From: the human T2T-CHM13v2.0 reference genome, Homo sapiens
NCBI RefSeq assembly: GCF_009914755.1
Contig: NC_060929.1
DNA: 64,000 nucleotides
Strand: one strand, 5' to 3'
The translations under genes were made by a program, and so were the position numbers. Each line of letters opens with the position of its first letter. Position 1 is the stretch's first letter. Under the pieces are notes generated by a model. That model searched no databases, had not been told where the DNA came from, and was given only the letters and a program-made list of their open reading frames with translations. Below are positions 26,064 through 38,794 of this stretch, in pieces.

Positions 26064-26439
26064 ATTTACTTTTGATGTTTAAGTGATGATTGAAATTGCT
26101 TGCTTCATTTACTTGCATTTGAAACTGTTTAGATAAATCATTGGGATATTCTATGAGGCCTGTAGCCTCAGGTTGATAAAGAAGCCAGAAGTTCCATTGA
26201 ACATCTTGTTCAAAAGCCCAGCATTATGTATTTTAAGTAATAAACTGAATGCTTTGACCATTCATTTTAATAATGCCTAAAGAGGAATTATGTAATTCGA
26301 ATAACATTACTCAAAATAATAATGACCAATTCTGAAGGGGAAAGGAGCATGTTTGTGGGGACTTACATTGTAGCTTTAGTATGTGTAGAGACATGTGTGT
26401 CTTTGATTTGTAGTACACATGTTCAAAATCTGTGCAGTA

Positions 26440-27500
26440 TGAGACTCCAGAATTCTTTGCCCTAAAGGAATACACTAGAATAAGAAATTGTGGTTTCCAT
26501 TGGCTATATCAGACAGTCAAATAAATGGCCATTGCCCAAGAGTCTGTAAAAAGTGTTCTGACAGGGCTTATTATTTTCAAGAAAATTCATTGTTAAGATG
26601 ACTACTCGAAGTTCAGGTAATTGTGCTAACCCTTGGGCCTCATCATTTATCAGGTATTTCAGTTAAGCGGTGAAAAACAGTAGCTCCCCAACAAGCTTCA
26701 TGACATGTAATGGTGGCACTGTCATCCATAAACGTACAATTTCCCTTTGAAATTCACAGGAAATGTCCCAAGTAGTCAAGAGATCTAAGAGATGAGTGGC
26801 CTTCTCCAGCATCATGTCATTTGGCAATGGACTAAATATGATACACCAAACTGTCCAGTACTGGTTCTAGCTTATAGGTACAATTTTCTTTTCAACAACA
26901 AGGCTTTTGGCTGTGCCTAGCCATAGAATAAAGCTTCTATAAACCAAGGCATAATGGACATCTGGAAATGGAGGGTTACAGGCTAAGGGCCTGTGAGAGA
27001 CTCTATTTCCAGGTGATCAAAATATGCGATCACCAATTGTCACTCTAATAGCATATAGTGTGAAGCTGAGGCAGGTAATTTCTTGCTTAGAACCAATGGA
27101 CCATTTTTGGTCATCATGGGTAACCCAGAGACTACAGGAGGAATAACAGAATATTGCTAAGTTCTTTACAATAAAGGGGATTCTTGTGAATACTAAAAAG
27201 AGTGCCCATGATATTGCAATTTGGATTCCAAGGCCTTTTTAGTAAAAGTTTTATTCAAGGTAGTCCAAGTTGTAAGTAACACCATAAATGGGCTTAAGTA
27301 AAATTTAAATAAAGAATTAGTTGCAACTAGAACACAAAAAGGTGAAACAGATGCTGGGCTTATTTTAATATTGTGGTTTTTGAGAGGGTAAATAAATGTC
27401 TTGACAGTGTTAGGGATGGAGTGGTCCTCAGATAACCAAATAATTTTCAGGAATGAATGGAGGTGGTGCAGCCTTGTGGTATGTGTGGGGCTATGTCTAT
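26440..27500 (-). mobile_element. Decayed ERVL-class pol fragment (RT connection plus RNase H)
   Basis: Hand translation of the minus strand across frameshifts gives KKLPASASHY, EIESLTG, IMPWF, FMDDSA, AQLPELRVV and FTDSWAMA, in retroviral order. Confidence 0.8.
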
Positions 27501-27869
27501 ATCCTCTTTGCCAGCTCTTTTCCGACCATTTTCATATCCTGGATGAGTATGGAAAATAAATCTTGGAGGTGGAGGATATCATCAGGGTGATGTCACACCT
27601 GTGCTCCTAGCAAGAGTTAGATGCAATTAAAACATATTCATAAAATTGTATTATTTACAGTAATCTAAGTTATAATACCTGGCAACTGAAAAATACACAA
27701 TTCATCAATTCATGGAACCCTTTAAATAACCAGTCACCTTTACCTTCAAATAAACTCTCCTGACTGCCCCACGTGACCCTCAAAGTTTTCTCTCCGTTCC
27801 TCAAAGTTATGACCTTCACCTCATCCACTTCCTTATCTATTCCACCTCATTCACTTTTCTTATCTACAG

Positions 27870-28065
27870 ACTTTATAAAGAGCTTTCAAATATATTTCTT
27901 CATTCGATTATTACAACAGAACTAAAGGTAGTTATGTTCTACGTGCTAAAAGAAGAGAGAACTAAAGTTCTGGAAGGTAAATGGATTACTTAGGGACACT
28001 GCTACTAAATAGGAGAAAAACAGCACTAACGAAGTCTTCTAATTCTCTGGCCTATTTTCTTCTGT
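27870..28065 (-). mobile_element. MIR/MIR3 remnant
   Basis: 'aaagagctttcaaatatattt...gaactaaagttctggaaggtaaatggattactta...gtcttctaattc'. Confidence 0.5.
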
Positions 28066-28331
28066 CTTTCTTATGTTTAAACCCAAAACCCACAGAGTTA
28101 TGTCTGCACCTGGCTAATGTTAAGGACATGAGGATTTTCCTTATGCCTAGGTAGGTAGAAGAACGCTTTCATGGAAGCTATTAAAAGGTTCTAACCACCA
28201 ATTTTTTTTCAGTACTTATTACTGTGACCTCACTCCACCATCTGTAATATGTGTATCTGGATTAAACCAAAGCTCATTCCAGCAATAATCTGCAAAATAA
28301 AATTGGAAAAGAAATTCTATTTAGGATAACT

Positions 28332-28352
28332 GATTGATTGATTGATTGATTT
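28332..28352. repeat. (GATT)5 short tandem repeat
   Basis: gattgattgattgattgatt read directly. Confidence 0.85.
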
Positions 28353-28820
28353 TTTCATTATGAATTAACTTGTTATATTGCTTAGTAAAAATGTATAAAT
28401 ATAGTTTATTGAACAAGTAACTTTGGTAGGTAAGAAATAACACACGACTGGATGCAGGATTTGGATTTCCTGCTTTTAATGGATATGCCAAATAAAGTTT
28501 CATAAAATGTTTTTTGGATAACACAGTTTAGGCTTCAGGAATTAAACTGAGTAAAGATATGAGAAAGCTGATAAAATGATCTCCACTGGTCTTAAAATTT
28601 TGCGTAGGTTGATTAACTTCACAGATAATACGATATTAACAGCATTTTAGAAAAAGTTTTTAGTCCATAGTAGAATTTCAAGCAAATGTTTTGAAATCCA
28701 TAGGATCATAAATAATTATAATTTGAAAAAAAGGTAAAGAACTTGTTTACCTACAGTATTTTTTATATAAGGACAAGAGGACACTAGATAAAGCAAGTAA
28801 CTTGTTAAAAGTAAGAGACG

Positions 28821-29128
28821 GGCTGGGTGCGGTGGCTCACGCCTGTAATCCCAGCACTTTGGGAGGCCGAGGCAGGCGGATCACAAGGTCAGGAGATTGA
28901 GACCATCCTGGTTAACACGGAGAAACCCCGTCTCTACTAAAAACACAAAAAATTAGCCGGGCGTCGTGGTGGGCGCCTGTAGTCCCAGCTATTAGGGAGG
29001 CTGAGGCAGGAGAATGGCGTGAACCCGGGAGGCGGAGCTTGCAGTGAGTGAGTTGAGATCGCGCCACTGCACTCCAGCCTGGGCAACAGAGCGAGACTCC
29101 GTCTCAAAAAAAAAAAAAAAAAAAAAAA
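28821..29128 (+). mobile_element. AluY with TSD aaaagtaagagac
   Basis: 'gagaatggcgtgaacccgggaggcggagcttgcagtgag', many intact CpGs, pure A tail, matching flanks. Confidence 0.97.
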
Positions 29129-29358
29129 GTAAGAGACAGGGTTTGGACCAGAGTTGATTTTATGGCCATCTGTACTCTATAGTGTCACTACAATGAACTA
29201 CTTGCAGTTCTCAAATTTGGATTATGTCTTTCGTTTTTTTCTTTTCTTTGCCTATACATTGTCATGGCCCTCTACTCTATTGGGTTCACATGGGCCCTAC
29301 TTGCCCTATAAGGCTTACTTCAGGATATCTCTAATAACTTATTCTGGGTTAGGACATC

Positions 29359-29887
29359 AGTCTTAGTCCATTTTGTGCTGCTAGCACAGAATACAGTATA
29401 AATAACAGACTGGGTAATTTATAAAGAACAGAGATTGATTCCTCACAGTTCTGAAGGCTGGGAAGTCCAAGATCAAGGGTCTGGATCTGGGGAGGGCCTT
29501 CTTGCTGCATCAGGAGACAGTGGAAAGCATTAAGTGGTGAGGCAATACATTCAAGACAGCAAAAGAGGGCCCAGCTCACTCTATTTCTATTTTTATTTTT
29601 TTTAGAGATAGGCTGTTTCTAAGTTTTCAAGGCTGGCCTCAAACTCTTGAGAACAATAAACCCTCCTGCCTCAGCCTCTTGAGTAGCTGAGGCTACAGGC
29701 ATATACCACTATACTTGGCTTCAATTCACTTTCATAAGGAACCCATTCCTACAATAACTACATTAATCAATTCATGAGAGCAGAGCCTCATGACCCTAAT
29801 TATCTCAAAGTTTCCACTTACTAATATTGTTGCACTGGGGGTTAACTTTGTAACACAAACTTTGGGGGACACATTCAAACCATAGCT
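29359..29887 (-). mobile_element. MaLR LTR (MSTD/MLT1A-like), split by an Alu monomer
   Basis: 'tcttagtccattttgtgctgct...agactgggtaatttataaagaacaga...gggggacacattcaaaccatagc'. Confidence 0.85.
29583..29720 (-). mobile_element. Free Alu monomer (FLAM-like)
   Basis: Single monomer 'tagagatagg...ggctggcctcaaactc...cctcctgcctcagcctc...tggct'; flanks cagctcact / caattcact. Confidence 0.8.
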
Positions 29888-29899
29888 GCCTTTCTCAGT

Positions 29900-30130
29900 G
29901 TGTCTTTTATGCCATATGAGATTAATATTATCTAGTACTTATTACATAGAATATACTTAAATGTTAACTTATCTACCCTTTAGACCTCACATATATCCTT
30001 ATATTCTTAAATTCTATTCTTCTTTTTTAACTTTAATGGTAATTACTATCTCTAATTACTATCCCTAATCCCTCAATGGCTGACAAAAAGTAAATGCCAA
30101 ATAAATGTTGAATGCAAAATGAATGGATAG
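29900..30130 (+). mobile_element. L2 3' tail remnant
   Basis: 'aagtaaatgccaaataaatgttgaatg...aatgaatgga'. Confidence 0.45.
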
Positions 30131-31127
30131 ATAATTAGAACTTTCATTTTATACAATACAAATTTTCTCTTGTTTCTATATTACTATAATGTAAAATCCC
30201 CTCTATGCAACAAGAAATTTAAAATGGACCTTTTTTTCTACCAGACCATTATTTACAATATCATAATGGCTACTAGTAGTTATCTCTTCAAGTTTAATAA
30301 TATCTCTGTTCATCATAGGTTAATGAATTTATTATATAACTTTAAATCACTGTTATTTCTCAAATTTGTTATAGTTCTTCCATTTCAATTTCCCAGTAAG
30401 GTCTCCAATACAGAACAAATCTGTTGGGAAGGATGTATTATAATTTTCAACTGTCATCTTTCCATTCATTTATTCTACATAACCAACAGGCATTTACTTC
30501 TATATTTTGACAGTTTCAGTTTCACTGAAATATTCATAATGTTCTCAGCCCCAAGCAGTATTTTCTTTAGAACCTTCTGTAAATTCATATCACATCAGGA
30601 GGATAAGGCATTTTACGTTATTTCAACTACTTTGCATTGAACACAAACACATTCATCAGATTAAAGGGACATTGTCAGAGGCACAATAGAGCATTGGGGA
30701 TCTCCACGCAAAAAAAGTAGCTAATATTTCACATGTGGAGAAACGTTTTATGAAAGTTTTGTCATAATTACTTTCCAAGTAGGAAATAAAAGGTATATAT
30801 TTCATCCAAGTATAAGACAACTGTGTTGATTTTTCTAACATGCTCAACTTATGTTTTAGAGAAAATTTCCTTTAGTTCCTCTAAATCTATTTTATTTGAG
30901 ATGTTTAAATATATTCATCAAAAGTGGTATAAAAATTATACATTACATACTTCCTTAATCATGTATTCTATGAGACCATTATATAATTCAAATTAATGTC
31001 TTCATCATTTTTACAAAACATATTTAAGTATCCATTTACTGTTATTTTAGGAATGTAGTTTAAAGATGTCTACAATAGTAGAAAATTACGTGTTGTACTT
31101 AATTATAAATCTATAAAGTATAGGTTA

Positions 31128-32167
31128 TATCAAGAACTACAAACACCTGAGATTTTATAATACCTGCAAACTAACAAGATAGCTTGTCACAATGTCATGA
31201 ATACTAAAAGAATACAAAATATTTCTGGATCAGAGACAAAGGGGAGTAATTCCTCATAGAAATAGCAGTAATGGGAGTACCACCATTTTCCTACCCTTAT
31301 TGCCTGAGCCTCAGTTCCCACAAGAAGATCTGATCATCCTGAAATCATCAGGTGAAGCCTGCACCTGCAATGAATTGTGTTACAGAAGAGAGAACTTAAG
31401 TTTAGAAAACTTGAGTCTTTTATATGGATCTGTAAGTGAACTTGCTCTTTTTCCTGAAGCTAGGCAAATTATTGTGACTGAAACACCAGGTGTTTGGGCT
31501 ACATACTGCTGTTTGCTGCACAGAAAGTCAATCACTGAAAAAATGAGTATTGCCAAGTAAGAAGGCTTTAATTGGGTGCTGCAGCTAAAGAGATGAGAGA
31601 TCAGTCTCAAATCCATCTTCCTGACCAATTAAAATGAGGAGTTTATATGCCAGGAAAGAAATGTAACCATGCGTAGGGAAACAGGAATTAGAGAAGGATA
31701 AGAGAGGGGTTGGTCAACAGAGAGCAGGTGGTCATTTAGGCTATCATGATGGGTGAGGGGTCTGACATCTCATTGTCCAAATGCAGTGAACTGGTGAGTT
31801 TCAGCTCCTTGCTATCTCTGAAGCCTGTTGGTTGGTTTCCTGAGAAAGGAACTCAGATAAAATGAATGTAACTAGAATTTCTAAAGTTTTAAGACTGGGA
31901 GGAACAATATCTATATTTATTCAAAGAAACTATAAACATCAGCTTGATGGGACAACTGGGTCAGATTCATTATCTTTGTTACACTGGAGTAATTATCTGC
32001 ATTACACTAGAGAGTAAACAAATCTGCCCTCTGCCCTAAATGAATGTACTTTCTATATTTTTAATTATTTGTAATCCTTGAAAACAGAGCTCAGAATGAA
32101 AGCTGTCAGTGTCTCTGCTTGCAAGATGTGTAGAAATGTGACCCCCATGGATAACTGACCCATGATA
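31128..32167 (-). mobile_element. LTR40-like ERVL LTR, split by MER31
   Basis: 'tcaagaact...ctgagatttta...ctaacaag' at the left and 'gctgtcagtgtctctgcttgcaagatgtgtagaaa...cccatgga' at the right. Confidence 0.7.
31473..31969 (-). mobile_element. MER31-like ERV1 solo LTR with 4-bp TSD ttat
   Basis: 'tgtgactgaaacaccagg...gcacagaaagtcaatcactga...gggtgctgcagc...cagattca'; ttat on both sides. Confidence 0.85.
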
Positions 32168-32507
32168 TGTGACTATCTCATTTAATTTTCACTTGAGATG
32201 AAGACATTTTATTCTCCAAAACCTTGTAACTGTGTATTACACACTTCTTTTAATATTTCTTGAGCTAAGTGGCAGCTGTGCACTGATTTGGAAAGAGTTG
32301 TTCAGTAAAATCTAGAATTAGAGAACATATAAATATTAGTTTGGAATAAAGTATTGTTTCTTTCTCTCTTTTTTTGCCACTCATCTCTATTTGATGAAAA
32401 AAAATCAGACTTGTTTATAACCATACAGAAAGATAAAGGTGTAACACTCCTGAAAAAAATTCTACCTCCCAGGATTGTTTCAAGGATTAAATGGTAAACC
32501 ATTAAGA

Positions 32508-33451
32508 TTATTTTATTTTATTTGTTTTTATTTTTATTTCTTAAAATTTAATTTTTTATTTCAATAGTTTTGGGGGGGGGGACAGGTGGTGTTTGGTTAC
32601 ATGAATAACTTCTTTAGAGGTGAGTTCTGAAATTTTGGTGCACCCATCACCTGAGCAGTGCACACTGTACCCAATGTATAGTCTTTTATCCCTCACCCTG
32701 GCTCCCACACTTTACATTGAGTCCCCAGAGTCCATTGTATCATTTTTATGCTTTTGCATCCTCATAGCTTAGTTTCCACTTATGACTGATAACATACAAT
32801 GTTAGGTTTTTCATTCCTGAGTTACTTCATTTAGAATAATGGTCTCCAATTCCATCCAGGTTGGTACAAATGCCATTATTTTGTTCCTTTTTATGGTTGA
32901 GTAGTATTCCATGGTATATAGATATGTGTATATATATACGTGTGTGTGTATATATACGTGTATGTATATGTGTATATATACTATATATACATCTATACAT
33001 ACTATATATATGTGTATATATATATATACCCATATACCACATATTTTCCTCTGTGTAGATACCCAGGAGTGGGATTGCTGGATCAAATGGTAGATGTGCT
33101 TTTAAGGAATTTTCACACTGTTTTCCATAGTGGTTGTACTAGTTTACATTCCCACCAACGGTGTATAAGTGTTCCATTTTCACCACATCCAAGCCAACAA
33201 CTATTATTTTTTGATTTTTTTATTATGATCATTCTTGCAGGAGTGAAGTCATATTGAATTGTGGTTATTTGAATTTCCCAGAATAATTAGTGATGTTGGG
33301 CATTTTTTCATCTGTTTGTTGTCCATTTGTATATCTTCTTTTGAGAATTGTCTATTCCTGTCTTTTGCCCACTTTTTGATGGGATTGTTTGTTTTGTTGT
33401 TGCTGATTTGTTTGACTTCCTTGGAGATTCTGGATATTAGTACTTTGTTGT
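32508..33451 (-). mobile_element. L1PB1-like 3' end, non-inverted arm
   Basis: 'acaggtggtgtttggttacatgaataa...ttttggtgcacccatcacctgagcagtg'. Confidence 0.88.
32914..33030. repeat. Imperfect (TA)/(TG)/(CA) low-complexity expansion inside the L1
   Basis: Alternating purine-pyrimidine tract read directly. Confidence 0.9.
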
Positions 33452-34215
33452 AAAACTATAAAAAACTGCTGAAAAAAATCATAGATGACACAAACAAATG
33501 GAAACACATCCCATGGTCATGAATGGGTAGAATCAATATTGTGAGAATGACCATACTGCCAAGAGCAATCTATAAATTCAATGCAATTCCTATCAAAATA
33601 CCACCATCATTCTTCACAGAATTAGAAAAAAAATGCTGTAATTCATATGGAATGAAAAAAGATCCTGCATGGCCAAAGGAAGACTAAGAACAAACCTGGA
33701 AGTATTATATTACTTGACTTCAAACTATACCATAAGGCCATAATCAACAAAACAGCATGGTGCTGATATAAAAATAGGCATATAGACCAATGGAACAGAA
33801 CCCAGAAATAAATCCAAATACTTAGAGTCAACTGGTCTTTGACAAAGCAAACAAAACTATCACGTGGAGAAAGAACACCCTATTCAACAAACAGTGCTGG
33901 GATAATTGGCAAGCCACATGTAGAAGAATAAAACTGGATCCTCATTTATCTTTTTATACAAAAATCAACTCAAGATGGATCAAGGACTCCAATCTAAAAC
34001 CTGAAATCATTAAAATTCTAGACAATAAATCAGAAAAACACTTCTAGATGTTAGCTTAGGCAAAGACTTCATAACCAAGAACCCAAAAGCAATTGCAACA
34101 AAAACAGAGATAAATAGATGGGACTTAATTAAACTAAAAAAGTTTCTGCACAGCAAAAGAAATAATCAGCAGACTAATCAGACAACCCACAGAGTGGGAG
34201 AAAATCTTTGCAATC
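33452..34215 (+). mobile_element. L1PB ORF2 segment, inverted 5' arm
   Basis: Sense ORF2 'atagatgacacaaacaaatggaaacacatccca...gggagaaaatctttgcaatc', joined head-to-head with the minus arm. Confidence 0.88.
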
Positions 34216-34224
34216 AATCTAAAC

Positions 34225-34418
34225 TATGGTTTCTTGATCTATATAGTCTTGATCCATTTGCATAAGAACTTCTTAGGGAGCTTCATAAAATGCTGCCTTT
34301 TGAGGCTCAGCCCCAGATTCACTGGATCAGTGTCTCTAGTGTTGTGATCTGGAAAGTAGACATTTTTTAACAAGCCGTATAGGTAATTTTGTGTGCACTT
34401 ACATTTTAGAACAGCAGG
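34225..34418. mobile_element. MER5A-like hAT element
   Basis: 'gggagcttcataaaatgc...ccccagattcactggatcag...ttttaacaagc...aggtaatttt...ttttagaacagc'. Confidence 0.65.
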
Positions 34419-35002
34419 TAAAAGATAAATAGATAGATATTTAAGGTGATTTCAGAGTAAATTTAAAGCCACTAGATAAGAAAAATATTTTAAATAAAGA
34501 AGAAAGTCAGCAAAATCTGGGAAATACAATCTAGGAATATTTGAAAGTTTTGGCTCATTTAATGACTACTTATACACCTCCTTCTGGAATGTGAACCATC
34601 CTCAAAGGAGTGCAGAAATTGCAGCAGTCCTTACCCCAGCACATGAAATTTTGCAAGTCACATCTTAAGCCATTGTAGGGTAATTGCCAAAGCAAAGAAG
34701 GTATAATTTGATAACAAAAGAAATTGAAATGCTTCTATCCACTACTGTTAGTTAGTTTTCCAAACCTTGCTAATGTACCTCTCCCAAAACCTTGCTAATG
34801 CCTGGCATAATATCAAATAAGTATTTGCTAAACAAATGTATCTGTATTTTTATTTATAACTAAGTCTATCTATATCTACATAGGGTAGTGGAAAGCAAAC
34901 AATTGAATGTAAAAAGTGAGAATGAGTAAAAACAGTATTTTTATATATTTTTTTGGAATTAATATTTATGGAATGTGTCTCCGTATCATTGTTTCAGTCA
35001 AA

Positions 35003-35594
35003 TGTGGAAGTCAGTGTGGCGATTCCTCAGGGATCTAGAACTAGAAATACCATTTGACCTAGCCATCCCATTACTGGGTATATAACCAAAGGACTATAAA
35101 TCATGCTGCTATAAAGACACATGCACACATATGTTTATTGCAGCATTATTCACAATAGCAAAGACTTGGAACCAACCCAAATGTCCAACAATGATAGACT
35201 GGATTAAGAAAATGTGGCACATATACACCATGGAATACTATGCAGCCATAAAAAATGATGAGTTCATGTCCTTTGTAGGGACATGGACGAAATTGGAAAT
35301 CATCATTCTCCGTAAACTATCACAAGAACAAAAAACCAAACACCGCATATTCTCACTCATAGGTGGGAATTGAACAATGAGATCACATGGACACAGGAAG
35401 GGGAACATCACACTCTGGGGACTGTTGTGGGGTGGGGGGAGGGGGGAGGGATAGCATTGGGAGATATACCTAATGCTAGATGACGAGTTAGTGGGTGCAG
35501 CGCACCAGCATGGCACATGTATACATATGTAACTAACCTGCACAATGTGCACATGCACCCTAAAACTTAAAGTATAATAATAAAAGAAAAAAAA
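35003..35594 (+). mobile_element. Young 5'-truncated L1PA2-like element
   Basis: Near-consensus 3' end 'gagatcacatggacac...gctagatgacgagttagtgggtgcagcgcaccagcatggc...aaaacttaaagtataat'; GAG rather than ACA at the Ta-diagnostic site. Confidence 0.93.
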
Positions 35595-36997
35595 GGGAGT
35601 TTCTAATTAAAACCCAACTTGTGAAAATTGGTTCTATTTAATGGCCTTTAAATAGAAAAATATGGAAGCTCTTCTATTACACTATAGCACACTACAAGGT
35701 CTGTTGATGGCCAAGTTATGTTTACTAGTTCTTTTCAATAATTGAATTTTCTAATCATTTAGCAATAGAAAAAGTTGCAAAAATAACAACTACAGAATTT
35801 TCTAGGGCTGATTATCTTAACTCCATTCGGCCTTATGAAACAGCATTAAAGATGTCCTTCCTTTAGCATTTCTGCAAAGTACATTTTGTTCTCCCTTCTC
35901 TTCCTTTCAGAGCTGGAATGTGCTTCTCAAATAATCCAAAGTAGCTAAATAATTTACATTATATATAATGTAAATTCTATATGTAATATATATTTAATAT
36001 ATCATATATTTACTTTGTAAATATATAATAATAAAGACAAGATACTACTTTGCCATGGTTTGGGATAAAGGAACAACACTTATTTTAGTCAATGTATTTT
36101 TACTCATTGACTAGGCTTCTGATTTTATGCAAGTTTCTACAAACTACAACCCACAGGCTAAATTTTACCTACCACCTATTTTTATAAATAAAATTCTAAT
36201 CAAATCATAAACCTTGCCAACGATCAAAGAAGGCTAGAAGTCTCAGAAGAAAACAAACAATACTACTGGAAAAGGTAGAGTAAGAATATGTCCTAAAAAG
36301 TTAAAAACTACTAACATTGTCCTAAACTATGAAAGTGCTGTGGCATTATTAATTTTCTTGAAAGAAATTTAAATCATTTTATGTTATTTGATAAACATCT
36401 AACTGAACTATTACAATCATATACCTATATGCATTTCCCTTTTATTTAATACATGTTCAAACATTTTTGTAACAGTGAATTGAGAAAGGAGAATGAAGAA
36501 TTATTTAATTCTAACAATTACATTTCTCTATATTTTTATCCATCACATATCTTACATTTTTTTCTCATTATGATTCAATAAGAGAGAACAGGGTAATGTA
36601 GTAGACTACAGGCAGTAATATAAATGGTCAGAATTACCCGAATTCATTGGCATTTCACATGGAAAGCTTTTATCTCTTTAATTATTGAAAATCATTCAAA
36701 CAAAAATTCCTCTATTAAAGATCACTTATCTTTGGATAAGATACTTGAAATTATAGAATGGTCAAACTGATATTTTCTATGTCAATAAAATTTTAAAATA
36801 AATCATACTAGATTCTAATAGATATAAATTTTAAGATTCAAATTTTGACTGTTCTATGCTTAAAATGAGAAAATCCTTTTTTAGATATAAAGGTAACTAA
36901 GAGATTGGGAATGTAAGTCTCCTATTAAGTTAATGGCTTTACCTAATTCTTCTGTCTGATAAAAGGCAGTTCATTGTATTTAATCGTCTTTTAAAAC

Positions 36998-37158
36998 TTT
37001 TTTTTCTTTTTTTATTATACTTTAAGTTCTGGGGTAGATGTGCAGAAGATGCAGTTTTGTTACTTAGGTATACACATGCCATAGTGGTTTGCTGCACTCA
37101 TCAACTCGTCACCTACATTAGGTATTTATCCTAATGCTATCCCTCCCCTAGACACCCT
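36998..37158 (-). mobile_element. Short L1PA6/7-like 3' end
   Basis: 'ttattatactttaagttctgggg...tcacctacattaggtatt...ccctccccta'. Confidence 0.88.
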
Positions 37159-38790
37159 GAAGTATAATGTACATACTTTATATTTCACCCATTACAAGTA
37201 CACAATTCAATGATTTTTTGTGAACTTTTGGAGTCATGTAACCATTTCCACAATTCAGTTTTAGAACATTTTATGACACAAAATGAAAGCTTGTACCTAT
37301 TTACAGTCACTCCCTTATCTCACTACCAGGCCCAAAGGGCCAATGTTATGCTTTTTGTCTCTATAAATAGACTTCTTCTGGATATTACATATAAGTTGAA
37401 CCATACAATGGGTCATCTTTTGCATCTTTCTTCTTCCACTCAGCATTTCTGGAGGTTAATCTATGTTGCAGCACATATTATTAGTAGTATGTAATAGGTA
37501 TTAGAATTTTATTCCTTTTTATTGTGAAACAGTTGATGGTCATCTGGATTGTTTTTGTTTTTCGGTTGTTATGCATAATGTTACTGAAAACATTCTCACA
37601 TATATCTTCACGTGGATTTTTAAAATTTTTCTTGGAGAATATGTAGGAGTTGAATTTGTGGGTCCTACGGTCAGTTTATGTTTAATTTTTAAGAAACTGT
37701 TAAATCATTTCCAAAATAGCTTTACTATTTTATATTCTCACAAGCAATATTGAGGGATATAGTTTTCTATATTCTAGCAAATACGGCATTTTCTGCTAGT
37801 TATTCCAGTGTTCGTTTAATTGCTTCTCCCTGATGTCTAATTAAGTTTAGCATCATTTTATATGCTTGTTAGTAATTCATATTTCATTAGTGAAATATCT
37901 ATTCAAATCTTGTACTCAAATTTTAATTGGGTTGTTTGCCTTATTATTGAGTTTTAACTGGATAAAAACTTGAAATATTCTAAATAAAAGTTTTTGATCA
38001 GATATATGATTCACAAGCATTTGTTCCTATCTGCAACTGCTTTATTTTCTTAAATTTGTTTTGTTAAAGTGCAAAAGTTTTCAATTTTTATTACACCTTA
38101 TCAATGAATTGGGCTTTTAATGTTGTATTTATCTCATTTTCCAATCCTACATCATAATGCTTTATTGTTATGTTGCAATCTAGAAGATTTATAGTGTTAA
38201 CTATTAAATTGAGGTCTATGATTCATTTTTGGTTAATTTTTCAGTATGGATCTCAGATTTTTTAATGTGACTGTTCAATTTATTTGCTGAAAAAAAGTGT
38301 CATTTTGTCCTTAAATTGTTTTGGCACCAATGTTAAAATGTTATATTGATCTATAAGCCTCTTTTAGTGCTAAAAACACTCTCTTTGATTGATTACTATA
38401 GCTTTATTGTAAGTTTTGAAATTGGATTAAGTCCTTCAATTTCATTCCCTTTTATCAAAATTGTTTTGGCTATTCTAAATCATTTAAATTTCTGTATTCA
38501 TTTTATGTTAGGTTATCAATTTCTGCAAAATAAAAACACTGCTAGTTATTTAAAAGGAATTGTGTGACTCTATTGATCAATTTGGGAATGAGAAAAATCT
38601 TGACAATATTGAGTCTTCTAATTCAAGTATATGCATTGTCTCCTATTTTATGTAAATCTTCATTTATTTATTTATTCATTCTTTGCTCAACAATAAATTA
38701 CAGTTTTCAGCATAGAAGTCTTTCATTTCTCTTGTTAAATAATTTCTAAGTATGCTATTTTGATGCTATTTTAAACAAAAATAATTTCTT
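37159..38790 (-). mobile_element. Old L1MB/L1ME-type 3' end and ORF2 remnant
   Basis: 'gaagtataatgtacatac...cacccatt...acaattcaatgattttt...ttttagaacattt' followed by degenerate antisense ORF2. Confidence 0.7.
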
Positions 38791-38794
38791 TTTG

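Noticed and set aside
30170-30640. Longest ORF in the track (156 aa)
   Set aside because: TTG start, F/I/L/N/Y-rich composition expected from AT-rich DNA, no motif.
32811-33257. Y/I/V/C-rich ORFs on both strands
   Set aside because: Translations of a TA/TG microsatellite inside an L1.
34762-34800. 14-bp direct repeat aaaccttgctaatg with a short spacer
   Set aside because: Only two units, a local slippage duplication; not CRISPR-like, and the window is eukaryotic.
35003-35594. Possible active L1HS-Ta element
   Set aside because: Has GAG, not ACA, at the diagnostic site and is only about 0.6 kb, so it cannot be autonomous.
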